DNA from: a virus
Lineage: Duplodnaviria > Caudoviricetes
Length of the DNA stretch: 27,977 bases
IMG/VR virus record: IMGVR_UViG_3300020045_005041
Span: 1-27,977 of that record
Strand: one strand, 5' to 3'
Every line of letters starts with the position of its first letter. The stretch's first letter is position 1. Both the position numbers and the translations under genes were made by a program. Below are positions 17,012 to 26,151 of this stretch, piece by piece. Below the pieces are notes generated by a model that worked only from the letters and a program-made list of their open reading frames with translations, was not told where the DNA came from and did no database searches.

Positions 17012-17335
17012 TTATACCGCCGTAATCGTTCCGTTAGTTAAAACATCTCGGTCTGATGTCGTGTAGTTAATTTCTACAGTTCCCGTAATAGTTCCACCGG
17101 CTCCTCCGGTTTTAAATGTGTACGTTTCACGAGTATCGGCAACAGATAAAGCCATGCTGAAATAATCGTAAGCGAACGGAAGCGACGTAACTGTAAACGG
17201 ATTAGTCCCTGAGATGGGCAAACCGCCAATGAGAGGTGTTACGCGATGTGCGTCGTTAGCTTCCTCAAACGATTGAGTTACTGTTTGATTAGAACTTAAT
17301 AATGTATAGTTGGGTGCATTATTTTTAGCCACCAT
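17012..17335 (-). CDS. Small virion-like protein downstream of portal
   Basis: SD GGAGG before MVAKN; 'ETYTFKTGGAGG' motif; overlaps portal stop by 11 nt. Confidence 0.55.
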   Translation of the reverse strand: MVAKNNAPNYTLLSSNQTVTQSFEEANDAHRVTPLIGGLPISGTNPFTVTSLPFAYDYFSMALSVADTRETYTFKTGGAGGTITGTVEINYTTSDRDVLTNGTITAV

Positions 17336-19397
17336 TACCTCCCGCGACATTACCTAGAGATTGTTGTTGTAAATCAGGAGCCACTAAGTTTTCGGGAGCA
17401 ACCTGTGGAATATTTGGCATATTTTCCATGCCATCTTGTCCTAAAATTGCGTCTCCCGCCTGCGGCAATCCTTGTTGCGGCTGCATAACACCTTCCATGG
17501 TGCTATTCTGCGTAGAACTCTTGGGAGGATTCCTCATTGGTCCGGGAGGAAGAGCGCCGTTAGACGGAATTCCTTGCGCTGGATTCAAAGGTTGTTCGCC
17601 AATAAGTTGAAGAAGGTCTGGATCTCCGCCGCGCAATAAGTCAATATGCTGTTGAATGTGTGCGTGGGCGTTCTTAAGCAATTCTGCGTCTTTACGCATT
17701 TCTGGGTCACTGAATACTTTACGGTGATCCATAATATGTTGCTTATGTGCGTCAAGCATCGAAGCAATTACAGGTTCTCCCATAAGAAGTCGTTCGTTCT
17801 CACTCTGCGCTAGCAGAAATTGATCCATTTCATCTTCGAACATGGGATCAATACGACCAGTATTAAGAACTTGGAAGTATTGTGTGGGATTCTTAACAAG
17901 CTGCATCTGAATAAGCTGTTCAGCCATTTGAACACGGCCCGCGAGGGTCCGGGCCAAAGGATTACCTACGTCTACAATGACGCGGTTAATGTCGCTGATA
18001 GCTTCGCCTGTAAATTCTTTAAGATAAGAACGATTGTTCTTGCCGACAAGGGCAATAACCTTCGGAGTCTTAGCAAAGTCTTTAAGCATGTTAATGAGGC
18101 TTGTTCCACAGTCTTCAATAAGCCTTACATAGCTCTGTTGAAGGCCTGAAATGAACTGTATGGCCTGTGATTGTACTAGCGCTAGAGCCGCGCCGGACTT
18201 TAAGCTTGCTTCGGGATTACCGCGAGCAACAGAGTTAATACCGGAGATAGTTTCTGCTGCCTGGTTAAGCATTTCAATGAATTTAAAGACTTCAGCCGGA
18301 GTATCAGATAACTGAATAGACTCAGGCTTAGCGTTACCTTCAATAATATTTAAAGCGCCCTCAAGGCTGCTAACAGAGATGTCTGCGCCCCGGGGTACGA
18401 AGACGTTCTGTACAGCAAATGCGTTTTGGTTAGTCATTACAGCGCTATAAAGAGTATTTAAACCCTCTTGTATAGGATACACGTCAAACATCGGGCTGTA
18501 TCCGTAAGGAGTTCCTAGGATGTCCCCGGCAGTAATGCGGTAAACGGGAATTTCGCGGTAGGGGAGCTTAGCGTCAAGCAATACACAATCAGATTCACAG
18601 AAAAGGACATAGCGACCTTCAGGAACTGCGTCTGTACGCTTGTGATAGAACTCATAAACAGGAACGTCGTCTGTTTCGTCGTTAGACCAAACAGCTACTC
18701 GGTAAATTGACTGCTCTGACTTCGAAGGAAGCGCATTAATCTTATCTTCTAGTTCGGGGTACTTAGCAATTAGGTTGTATCGGTTCTGGAAAGAGCGTAC
18801 AATGACCCATTCGTTGTCCCAGGCTTCTTTTGTACCATCAACAACAACATCAAACGGGCTTAGGGTGCTAAATACTGCATCGCCTTCGTTAATAAACTCA
18901 CCGGTTTCGTCATCAACGTCATAAACTTCGCCGCCACTTGAATTCCACTCCATTTTAACGAAGCCAGAACCCATAATAATAGCCATTTCAGCGGCTTTCT
19001 TAAGAGCGTCTTCAAGCTTACGCTCGCGCATGTAATAATCAAGGATTCCGTTAGCTAGATAAGTCTGAGCTTGTGATTTATAGTCAGTATTAACAGCTTT
19101 TGCTTCCATAACAGGACGCTGGGCAGTTACCATGACATATATATGACGCGCTAAGTTACCAAAATGGTTAATTGGAAGTTGAACTAGTTCACCTTGTTCG
19201 CCAGCGAAAGAAATACTATGGCCGCCGCCTGTATCGTCTGTGGCGTAGCTTCCGTAATAGGCTCTATACATTTTAGCTAGCTTATCTAAGTACGCATTAG
19301 ACCTTAATGTATTAAAAAAGCTTTGAGACTTCTTCATACATGTTGCTGCTACTTCTTCAGGAGTTCCTGCTGCAAAATACTTACCTTGATTTGCCAT
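17325..19397 (-). CDS. Portal protein
   Basis: About 690 aa directly after terminase; 'GSGFVKMEW', 'SPFDVVVD', 'ISGINSVARG...SG.A'; Pro/Gln-rich tail; SD AAGGAG. Confidence 0.85.
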   Translation of the reverse strand: MANQGKYFAAGTPEEVAATCMKKSQSFFNTLRSNAYLDKLAKMYRAYYGSYATDDTGGGHSISFAGEQGELVQLPINHFGNLARHIYVMVTAQRPVMEAKAVNTDYKSQAQTYLANGILDYYMRERKLEDALKKAAEMAIIMGSGFVKMEWNSSGGEVYDVDDETGEFINEGDAVFSTLSPFDVVVDGTKEAWDNEWVIVRSFQNRYNLIAKYPELEDKINALPSKSEQSIYRVAVWSNDETDDVPVYEFYHKRTDAVPEGRYVLFCESDCVLLDAKLPYREIPVYRITAGDILGTPYGYSPMFDVYPIQEGLNTLYSAVMTNQNAFAVQNVFVPRGADISVSSLEGALNIIEGNAKPESIQLSDTPAEVFKFIEMLNQAAETISGINSVARGNPEASLKSGAALALVQSQAIQFISGLQQSYVRLIEDCGTSLINMLKDFAKTPKVIALVGKNNRSYLKEFTGEAISDINRVIVDVGNPLARTLAGRVQMAEQLIQMQLVKNPTQYFQVLNTGRIDPMFEDEMDQFLLAQSENERLLMGEPVIASMLDAHKQHIMDHRKVFSDPEMRKDAELLKNAHAHIQQHIDLLRGGDPDLLQLIGEQPLNPAQGIPSNGALPPGPMRNPPKSSTQNSTMEGVMQPQQGLPQAGDAILGQDGMENMPNIPQVAPENLVAPDLQQQSLGNVAGGNGG

Positions 19398-19398
19398 T

Positions 19399-20853
19399 TT
19401 ATCTCCTTGGTGCCTTAACATTGAAAATTCTACGATAAATATCTAATTGTGACTCGCCGGTTCCTCGTGCTGGTATAGGAGTTCCGAACGCGTCTTTTAG
19501 AGTTACGCCGTAGTGGGCGGGATAGGGGTTTTTTGAGTAGATAATATTACGTACAAGGTAAATAGCGGCATCTACAAAGTCATAATGGCCGTCGTCTTGT
19601 GACCGACCAAATTTAGTTTTATTATTTGGCGAGTACCATTTAACATTACGTAAATGTCTGATGAGATTCTCACAACGAGGATGGATGATAATTTTTTTAG
19701 ATGCAAGCATCATACGAAGGGTATTAATAGCAGCTTCTTTATCGTCTTTACGAGTACAAATGAAGTTCATCTCGTTATTACTGTGAATTCTAAGTTCATT
19801 TTGTACGATATGATTAATATCTGAAACCCTAATATACGGCTTTTTAGTTTCACCGGTTGTGGGGTCAAACCAAAGACTCTTTTCCTTGTCTCTTATTTGC
19901 CCAACAAGCTTTGAAAGCTGTAAATTGGAGCCATTAACGCAAAACTCATCTTCTATAATAACTTTATCAGCCCGGAAGTCATAATAAGCAAAGAGAATAG
20001 CGGTTAGGTCGTTAAATCCAACGTCCATTGCTTCGTAGCATTCAAAAAACGGAGGTCTTGGCCATTCCTGTACTATTTCTTTCTCAAGATCTGGAGTAAA
20101 TTCAGGAATAACGGACATAGAGGGATCTCTAATTATCTCACAAAGATATTCGCGACGGAAGCGCTCGTTCATGACGCCGCCCATTTGCTTAATAATATTA
20201 TCTTTTACTAGATTTGACAAAAGAGGATTGTCATAAAGGGTCTTTTTAACAAGATGCCCTTCCTGCTCAGCCTTCTCGATATACTTTAAGAAATCATGAT
20301 CTGAGGCTTCAGGAGGAGTGCTAGAAAGGATAATCTTTCCGCCAGTATGTGTTGTTGTTGGGCGAAGTACAGACTCAAGCATACGCTCAAGCTCGTCACA
20401 GAAGCCAGCTTCGTCTATTAGAATAAGCTTTGACTTCTGTCCGCGTAGACGTTCGTAATGCTGACCGTCAGAGCCAGCGAACTGAATCTGGGACTTATTA
20501 GGAAACTGCCAGCAAAACAACTGAGTGCTGTACGTGGGTTTGACATCTTCTGGGCAATCAAGCAATAGGTCATTAAAAATAGGTTCGAACACCATTTTAA
20601 CGTGGAGCTTTGTATCTGTTACAAGTTTCACAATTGAATTAGGTTCGCGAAGGGCCGCTTCTAACGCTAGAATGGCCAATAGGGTAGATTTACCTGTTTG
20701 GCGGGAAAGGAGCCACACGAATGTTGAAAAGTTGGGAGAGTTATAAAACAAGTCGTACATTTGCTTCTGCACTGTATGGCACTTGTAAGACAAAATTCCT
20801 CTGCGCCACAATTCACCCACGGCATCTTGTCTGGTTACTTTATGCGCGCTCAT
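19399..20853 (-). CDS. terL: Terminase large subunit
   Basis: Walker A 'SRQTGKS', 'LRG', Walker B 'LILIDEAG', 'SSTP', 'F.REYLCE', nuclease 'MDVG' and 'H.D..DA'. Confidence 0.93.
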   Translation of the reverse strand: MSAHKVTRQDAVGELWRRGILSYKCHTVQKQMYDLFYNSPNFSTFVWLLSRQTGKSTLLAILALEAALREPNSIVKLVTDTKLHVKMVFEPIFNDLLLDCPEDVKPTYSTQLFCWQFPNKSQIQFAGSDGQHYERLRGQKSKLILIDEAGFCDELERMLESVLRPTTTHTGGKIILSSTPPEASDHDFLKYIEKAEQEGHLVKKTLYDNPLLSNLVKDNIIKQMGGVMNERFRREYLCEIIRDPSMSVIPEFTPDLEKEIVQEWPRPPFFECYEAMDVGFNDLTAILFAYYDFRADKVIIEDEFCVNGSNLQLSKLVGQIRDKEKSLWFDPTTGETKKPYIRVSDINHIVQNELRIHSNNEMNFICTRKDDKEAAINTLRMMLASKKIIIHPRCENLIRHLRNVKWYSPNNKTKFGRSQDDGHYDFVDAAIYLVRNIIYSKNPYPAHYGVTLKDAFGTPIPARGTGESQLDIYRRIFNVKAPRR

Positions 20854-20858
20854 GATTA

Positions 20859-21266
20859 TTATTTGGTTTCTTCTTTTGTGAGCTGTAAAAGCTCATCTGT
20901 TGATAGTTTTTTGAATTTTCCATCAACGTCTTTAATGTTACTTCGAATCTGCATTAATATCTTAGCGTAGACTTCCACCTTACGGCATTCTTCTAAAGTA
21001 AGATCTCGGCTACTTGATATTCCGCGAAGATTTTCAAGCTGCTTTAAGCAAATCTCTTCTTCTGGTGAAATATTAAGTTGAGGAAAAAGGACAACGTTCT
21101 CGGGTCTAACTGCCAGAACTTCAAGGCTTTTATTCTTTTCCTTAAGTTCATTAATTTGTTTATTAAGACCGACAATGGTCTTATATTGAGCGTCAGCATA
21201 GGCCTGTAGCTCTGCCACATCCTTAAGTTGACCTACAATTTTGTCGATACTACATTCGTCCGACAT
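20859..21266 (-). CDS. Coiled-coil protein, candidate terminase small subunit
   Basis: 135 aa, helical, directly upstream of terL, ends 'LSTDELL'; the call rests on position. Confidence 0.45.
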   Translation of the reverse strand: MSDECSIDKIVGQLKDVAELQAYADAQYKTIVGLNKQINELKEKNKSLEVLAVRPENVVLFPQLNISPEEEICLKQLENLRGISSSRDLTLEECRKVEVYAKILMQIRSNIKDVDGKFKKLSTDELLQLTKEETK

Positions 21267-21540
21267 TACCAGGCCTCATGCCTTGAGCTATTTTAACAGC
21301 ACTAACGCCGGTTCGCAGCTCATCGAGCGATTTAGCGAGTGCTAGGATAGTTTCGTTCTGTTTTATAAGGATAAGCTCTAGTTCTTTATGGCGTTTATCT
21401 TGTACTTTGAATTCCCAAAAGGCAGCAGAGCCTGCTAAAATGAGCAAAGTGATGGCAGAAGGCCAATCGGAGCCCATAATCAAGAACTTACCTGCTGTAA
21501 CTGCGAATAAAAACAATGGGATATGCTTTATTTTGTCCAT
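21250..21540 (-). CDS. Two-TM membrane protein with coiled coil (holin candidate)
   Basis: Start moved to MDKIK on SD GAGG; two hydrophobic helices; divergent from the peptidase gene. Confidence 0.55.
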   Translation of the reverse strand: MDKIKHIPLFLFAVTAGKFLIMGSDWPSAITLLILAGSAAFWEFKVQDKRHKELELILIKQNETILALAKSLDELRTGVSAVKIAQGMRPGNVGRM

Positions 21541-21657
21541 AAATCCTCTTAAGTAGCTAAAACTAAAGAACTTTCTTGCGTCCCTGCACTGTTTTCGGCC
21601 TAAAATGGGCCATTTCCCCACGGGGGTCGTCAGTATTGCATCAACTTCTCTATATAC

Positions 21658-21699
21658 AGTTGGTAAAAAATGCGGTATTTACCATAAAAATTACCAACT
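21658..21699. promoter_or_regulatory. Back-to-back pair of TTACCAACT motifs
   Basis: Minus copy 21658-21666 faces the terminase operon; plus copy 21691-21699 is 6 nt before ATG 21706. Confidence 0.75.
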
Positions 21700-21705
21700 A
21701 ATTGT

Positions 21706-22158
21706 ATGTCGATTACAAAAAATGAGCTTACAATGGGCCGGGATAAGCAGTTCCCCGAAGAATATACGAAAGAAATCTCAGACAATTTAGATAAGTTATT
21801 GATTTCTATGAATAAAATTAGAACTGCCTACAATAAATCTATGCAGGTTTCTTCAGGTTGGCGTCCTGTTGCTGTAAACGCTAAGATAGCCGGGGCAGCT
21901 AAAAAGTCAAACCATACGTTAGGTCTAGCTTGCGATGTCAAAGATTCAGATGGAAGTCTTTGGGCTTGGTGTCTGGAAAATCTTCAGCTTATAAAGGATT
22001 GTGGGCTATACCTAGAGGATAAACGCTGGTCAAAAACTTGGGTTCACTTCCAGAACAAGGCACCGGCATCTAAAAAGAGAATTTTCAGGGCATACGCAGG
22101 AGATCCACCAAATCCCGAAATGTGGGACGGGATTTATGACTCTAAGTTTGATGGATGA
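21706..22158 (+). CDS. Peptidase M15-family (Zn DD-peptidase-like) protein, probable endolysin
   Basis: 'SSGWR...N...GA...SNH..G.A.D...WVH' zinc-ligand motif. Confidence 0.85.
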   Translation: MSITKNELTMGRDKQFPEEYTKEISDNLDKLLISMNKIRTAYNKSMQVSSGWRPVAVNAKIAGAAKKSNHTLGLACDVKDSDGSLWAWCLENLQLIKDCGLYLEDKRWSKTWVHFQNKAPASKKRIFRAYAGDPPNPEMWDGIYDSKFDG

Positions 22159-22327
22159 AAACGCCTTGACTAATCTCTTTAAAAATTTTTTCAGGCAAAA
22201 GAGAAACCCGAGTTTTACCGGTTTCCATAATACAAATAGAAATATATTCTTTTCTTTTTATTTGACCTAAACTAGACGCAAAATAATTCCCATCTAATCC
22301 CGGAATAATGCGCCATTCTTCAATCAT
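22142..22327 (-). pseudogene. NUMOD4-motif fragment (probable truncated HNH endonuclease)
   Basis: 'EEWRIIPGLDGNYFASSLGQIK' NUMOD4 motif; no nuclease domain; runs into the 3' end of the peptidase gene. Confidence 0.65.
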
Positions 22328-22599
22328 GATATAGCCTTTAATAACTTTTGAGCCGTAAAGCTGAGAACGTTTTTATTTTCTTTCGAAAGCTCTTCATATT
22401 CACAAAGAACCAAACGAAACTGTTCTTGTAGTTTCACAAATTCTGTCACCTTTTGTGAAAAAATCTCAGCGAGAATTGCAGAATCGTCTGGATTCTCAAC
22501 GTTGTTAATAGCGAAGTCCAGTCTATTAAGATCGGTTGAAATAACAGCAAGCTTCTCTCCGATTAAATCAACCTTATGTTTAACATCAGCTAAAGACAT
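22324..22599 (-). CDS. Hypothetical coiled-coil protein
   Basis: Overlap-coupled ORF in the minus-strand operon. Confidence 0.6.
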   Translation of the reverse strand: MSLADVKHKVDLIGEKLAVISTDLNRLDFAINNVENPDDSAILAEIFSQKVTEFVKLQEQFRLVLCEYEELSKENKNVLSFTAQKLLKAIS

Positions 22600-22814
22600 A
22601 GAATTTCTTCAGCCTTTGCAACAATCCGCGTTTCTACATATTTCCGCATATCAGGCCTTGTTGCGTAAAACCAACGACGAACCAAACCTCCGATTTCGGG
22701 AGTTTCTAACGCCAACGAGGGAACCTTCCAGACAAGCTCAGCATTATAAGAATAGCTTTTAAGCATTTCATCGCGTAGGAAAAATAGGAATTCTTCTGCT
22801 TCGTCTAAAGTCAT
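22590..22814 (-). CDS. Hypothetical protein
   Basis: ATGA overlap with upstream gene; SD AAGGT. Confidence 0.6.
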   Translation of the reverse strand: MTLDEAEEFLFFLRDEMLKSYSYNAELVWKVPSLALETPEIGGLVRRWFYATRPDMRKYVETRIVAKAEEILCL

Positions 22815-23026
22815 ACAACCACCTTTTTAGCTGCCCGAGAGGCCGCGCTACGAACTTTGGATTTATCCTTCAAGCAGTCAGGACAGACAGAGCCGGTCCA
22901 CTGCTTACCATTCTCGTCGACGTAACGTTTATCTTTATTATTTGGGAATTTACCAGCGGAGATACGCTCTTTGATTTTATTACAAGTTTTGCAAATTCTT
23001 TTATTAGACTCTGGGGTTACGCTCAT
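22811..23026 (-). CDS. Small Zn-finger protein
   Basis: CKTC...CPDC, basic; start moved to MSVTP. Confidence 0.65.
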   Translation of the reverse strand: MSVTPESNKRICKTCNKIKERISAGKFPNNKDKRYVDENGKQWTGSVCPDCLKDKSKVRSAASRAAKKVVV

Positions 23027-23027
23027 A

Positions 23028-23411
23028 TTATTTAATTCCCATAAAGGCAAAGTAGAAGCCTGTTTCATTGTTAAGTTTAATTTGAGCTTCAGTAAGCTTT
23101 ACTGTTTCCTCGCGAGCACAACACTTCATGCTTATCCTGTAAACAAGACTAGCATACTCCCAAGTCTGGGTGGGGGTAATTTCCTTTTCACAAACGTAAC
23201 ATTTACATTTAAGATTATCTGTTTTATACGCATCGTAATACACGTGATTATCCTCGCCGAAGATCTGAGATGCTAAGCCTCGTATTTTTAAAACTATGTC
23301 GTCGTCCGAATCCGGCGTCGTAATAGTAATAGGATTTCCTGTTAAATTTGTAATAACAAATTGCTTACCGCTGGGGTCTTTCGGTAGGGTAATTGTATAA
23401 GGGTTATCCAT
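23028..23411 (-). CDS. Hypothetical protein with Cys motifs
   Basis: 'CKCYVC...CC'; first gene after a consensus promoter. Confidence 0.65.
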   Translation of the reverse strand: MDNPYTITLPKDPSGKQFVITNLTGNPITITTPDSDDDIVLKIRGLASQIFGEDNHVYYDAYKTDNLKCKCYVCEKEITPTQTWEYASLVYRISMKCCAREETVKLTEAQIKLNNETGFYFAFMGIK

Positions 23412-23417
23412 AAAGTT

Positions 23418-23446
23418 ACTATACCTTATTAGTTTCTATTTGTCAA
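23418..23446 (-). promoter_or_regulatory. Sigma70-type promoter, probably leaderless
   Basis: Minus strand TTGACA-N17-TATAGT, then 6 nt (AACTTT) to ATG 23411. Confidence 0.8.
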
Positions 23447-23447
23447 G

Positions 23448-24422
23448 CTATTTAAGAAATTTAGCGTACTCTTCTTCTTTCATCCAATCACCAGTAAGAG
23501 AGTGCTTGCCGTATTCCGTAATAGTCCGCTCGAAGAAATTACCGAACTTATTAGCAGTAAAAACTTCATCAGTCCACGGAATAGGATTTTCTTTAACTCC
23601 ATAGATACCCTTAATGCCTAGCTGTATACACCGCCTATCTGTAATAAATCGAATATACAGCTTAACTTCGTCTTTTGTAATGCCCGGGATTTCATAATTA
23701 GCAAAAACATAATCAATAAAAATGTCTTCAGCGTCAACAACTTGCTTGGCGAATTTCTTAATCATATGAGCATCAGGGCGACCTATTTCGTCTAGCAGAG
23801 CTAGATGCCCCTGAACGTGAATTGTTTCGTCCTTAACGCTCCAGTCAACAATGGCACACATACCGGCCATATTACCGCCAGCCTCGGCCCGGCGAAAATT
23901 CATTAACATAACGAATGACGCAAACAGAGACACGCCTTCGAGAAATACCATTTTAGCTGCAATTTGTTTAAGATTACCGAGATCATCCAACTTTGGATCG
24001 GGCTCAATACTCAGCATTTCATATTTTTGTTTAAGCTCTGGAATCGTTAAAAACTCGCTATAAATATCATTAGATAAAGCCAATGTGTCATTAAGTGCTG
24101 CATATGCCTCTTGATGTAAGGCCTCGCGAGCAACAAAAGAGGAATACATACAGCGTAGTTCGTTATTTTTAACATATGGGATAAGATATTCAATGTAAAC
24201 TTTACCAACCTGAACATCGCTCTGAGTAAACATTTTTAATGTATTAACAACAAACCCCTGCTGCCCTTTAGATAATTTGTTTTTAAAGTCAGTCAAGTCT
24301 TCGTTAAGATTCTTTACTGCTTTTAAAGTCCAATGCGCATCCTCGTGTTTCTGTCGTATAAGTTCTGCCCAGGGGAACTTAAAGGGTTTATAAACTTTTG
24401 AGTATTTCTGTACTTTAGACAT
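23448..24422 (-). CDS. nrdB: Ribonucleotide reductase class Ia beta subunit
   Basis: 'FTQSD', 'REALHQEAY' (radical Tyr), 'EGVSLFASF', 'DETIH', 'NFFE....EY'; start moved to MSKVQ. Confidence 0.95.
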   Translation of the reverse strand: MSKVQKYSKVYKPFKFPWAELIRQKHEDAHWTLKAVKNLNEDLTDFKNKLSKGQQGFVVNTLKMFTQSDVQVGKVYIEYLIPYVKNNELRCMYSSFVAREALHQEAYAALNDTLALSNDIYSEFLTIPELKQKYEMLSIEPDPKLDDLGNLKQIAAKMVFLEGVSLFASFVMLMNFRRAEAGGNMAGMCAIVDWSVKDETIHVQGHLALLDEIGRPDAHMIKKFAKQVVDAEDIFIDYVFANYEIPGITKDEVKLYIRFITDRRCIQLGIKGIYGVKENPIPWTDEVFTANKFGNFFERTITEYGKHSLTGDWMKEEEYAKFLK

Positions 24423-24423
24423 G

Positions 24424-26151
24424 TTAACCCTCGCACCCGACACATTCAAATTTTGAATCTTTTGGTTTCTCGATAACTAATTCAATTTTTTCGTTCATAT
24501 TTTCAGTTTTATTAGGGTTAAGGCTTCGTTGATAATATAAACTTTTTACCCCTAAATTCCACGCAAGTAAAACATCAGACTCAAGCTTAGATCGTTCTGT
24601 ATCCGCCTTATAAAACAGGTTAAGAGATTGAGACTGACATATAAAGGGTTGACGTTCGGCTGCAAGCTTTATAATCTCAGCCTGGTCAATTTCAAATGCG
24701 GTCTTAAAAACCGCCTTCTCGTTATCACTAAGGAACGTTAAATGTTGTACAGAACCGCTATTAATACTAATGGATTCCCATATTTCAGGACGATCCATAT
24801 CTTTTTTCTTTAAAAGAATAACAAGGGCTTTATTTTTACGCGTTGTTGTCCCCCCTCTCGTATCTAACGTGTGATAATTATCTTGCCAGGGTTCAATCGA
24901 CGGTGATGTATTGGCAATGAGGCTGTTGTTAGCGTTGGGAGCAATAGCTAACATGTGGCTATGTCGGCGTGGCATGTACAGACAATTACCACGCTCTTCT
25001 CCTAGACGCTCACTGGCAGCAAGGGACTCTGTTTGTATATAAGAAAACATTTTAAGGTTAACATCTTTAGCTTCTTGTGATTCAATTGCAATCATATTAT
25101 TTTGTAGGTAAGAATGAAAGCCCATCGTTCCCAGCCCAATGGAACGCTCATCCTTGGCGGATCTAACAGCCTTTGACAATTCACTTGGTGCGTTCTCTAT
25201 GAAGTATTCTAGAACATTATCTAGCATTACGATTGCGTCTTGTACCAAAGATGTTCCTGCCCAGTTGTCGTATTGCTCTAGGTTTACTGACGATAAGCAG
25301 CACACTGCCGTCTTGTCTTCGCTTGTTGGTAGCGTAATTTCGATACACAAATTTGAGCCGTTTAATTTAAGCCCGGCGGTTTTCATTTTTTCAGGCAATC
25401 TGCGATTTGCTTCATCAATGAAAAAGATGTACGGTTCGCCTTCCTTGGCTCGCATTTCTATAATTCGATGAAATAAATCACGAGCCTTCAATGTTTTTGT
25501 TACTAATTGGGTCTTTGGATCGATGAGACTCCAATTATCGTTAAAAATAACAGCACGCATAAATGCGTCCGTAACATTAATGGCTATATTAATTTCTTTA
25601 TGTCTACGGTAGCGGTCGCCCGTATCTTCCCGAATGACAATAAATTCTTCAATATCTGGATGTGAAATATCAAGATACGCAGCGTAAGATCCTTTGCGGG
25701 TTTTACCCTGTCGATAAGCAAGCATATCATTACCGGCACCGATAAGATGTGGGATGACGCCCACCGGCTTTCCTCCTGTTTTTCCTATAATTGATTCGGC
25801 TGATCTGACGGCAGACCAGTGCCCCCCTATACCGCCTCCCATAACGGTTAGAAGTCTAATTTCTGAACTATGTTCAATTAACCCCTTAACTGTATCGGGG
25901 ACATGAGAAAGAAAACAGCTAATCGGCAAGCCTTTAATATATCCATTTTTATCCGGGGCATTAGAAAGAACGGGGGAAGCCGGGAGCAACCATTTCCTTT
26001 GAAAATAACCCAATAGTCTACCCTTAAGCGCTTCGTCTGTTACTCCTTTGAAGGTTGACCAGGCCTGAGCGCATCGTTCATATAATTCATTGATTGACTC
26101 GCCGGGAAGACAATAGAAATCCTTAAGTAGCTTATCTGCGTATGCGTCCAT
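24424..26151 (-). CDS. nrdA: Ribonucleotide reductase class I alpha subunit, short form without ATP cone
   Basis: 'ASPVLSN', 'ISCFL', 'GGGIG', 'SNLCIEI', 'VCCLSS', 'AIAPNA', 'QSQSLN', 'KSLYY', terminal 'CVGCEG'. Confidence 0.96.
   Translation of the reverse strand: MDAYADKLLKDFYCLPGESINELYERCAQAWSTFKGVTDEALKGRLLGYFQRKWLLPASPVLSNAPDKNGYIKGLPISCFLSHVPDTVKGLIEHSSEIRLLTVMGGGIGGHWSAVRSAESIIGKTGGKPVGVIPHLIGAGNDMLAYRQGKTRKGSYAAYLDISHPDIEEFIVIREDTGDRYRRHKEINIAINVTDAFMRAVIFNDNWSLIDPKTQLVTKTLKARDLFHRIIEMRAKEGEPYIFFIDEANRRLPEKMKTAGLKLNGSNLCIEITLPTSEDKTAVCCLSSVNLEQYDNWAGTSLVQDAIVMLDNVLEYFIENAPSELSKAVRSAKDERSIGLGTMGFHSYLQNNMIAIESQEAKDVNLKMFSYIQTESLAASERLGEERGNCLYMPRRHSHMLAIAPNANNSLIANTSPSIEPWQDNYHTLDTRGGTTTRKNKALVILLKKKDMDRPEIWESISINSGSVQHLTFLSDNEKAVFKTAFEIDQAEIIKLAAERQPFICQSQSLNLFYKADTERSKLESDVLLAWNLGVKSLYYQRSLNPNKTENMNEKIELVIEKPKDSKFECVGCEG

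Noticed and set aside
21570-21590. c-di-GMP-I riboswitch (GGGACGCAAG resembles its core)
   Set aside because: No GGCAAAC/GNRA-loop stem in the right position and no matching downstream stem.
21585-21640. Hammerhead ribozyme (minus strand has CTGACGA-stem-GAAA-stem)
   Set aside because: The required NUH cleavage triplet after stem III is missing (GAA instead), stem II opens with C-G, and stem I does not pair well. Kept only as an unknown structured leader.
7163-24210. Near-matches to the late motif in coding regions (TTACCAACA near 7163 and 9088, TTACCAACC near 24202)
   Set aside because: They differ at the last base, lie inside genes and are antisense to them.
465-25471. Many short antisense or alternate-frame ORFs in the track (e.g. 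1200-1553+, 5280-5591-, 13985-14290+, 15696-16061+, 21605-21790+, 25139-25471+)
   Set aside because: They overlap well-supported genes or regulatory regions and have no motifs or RBS; treated as shadow ORFs.
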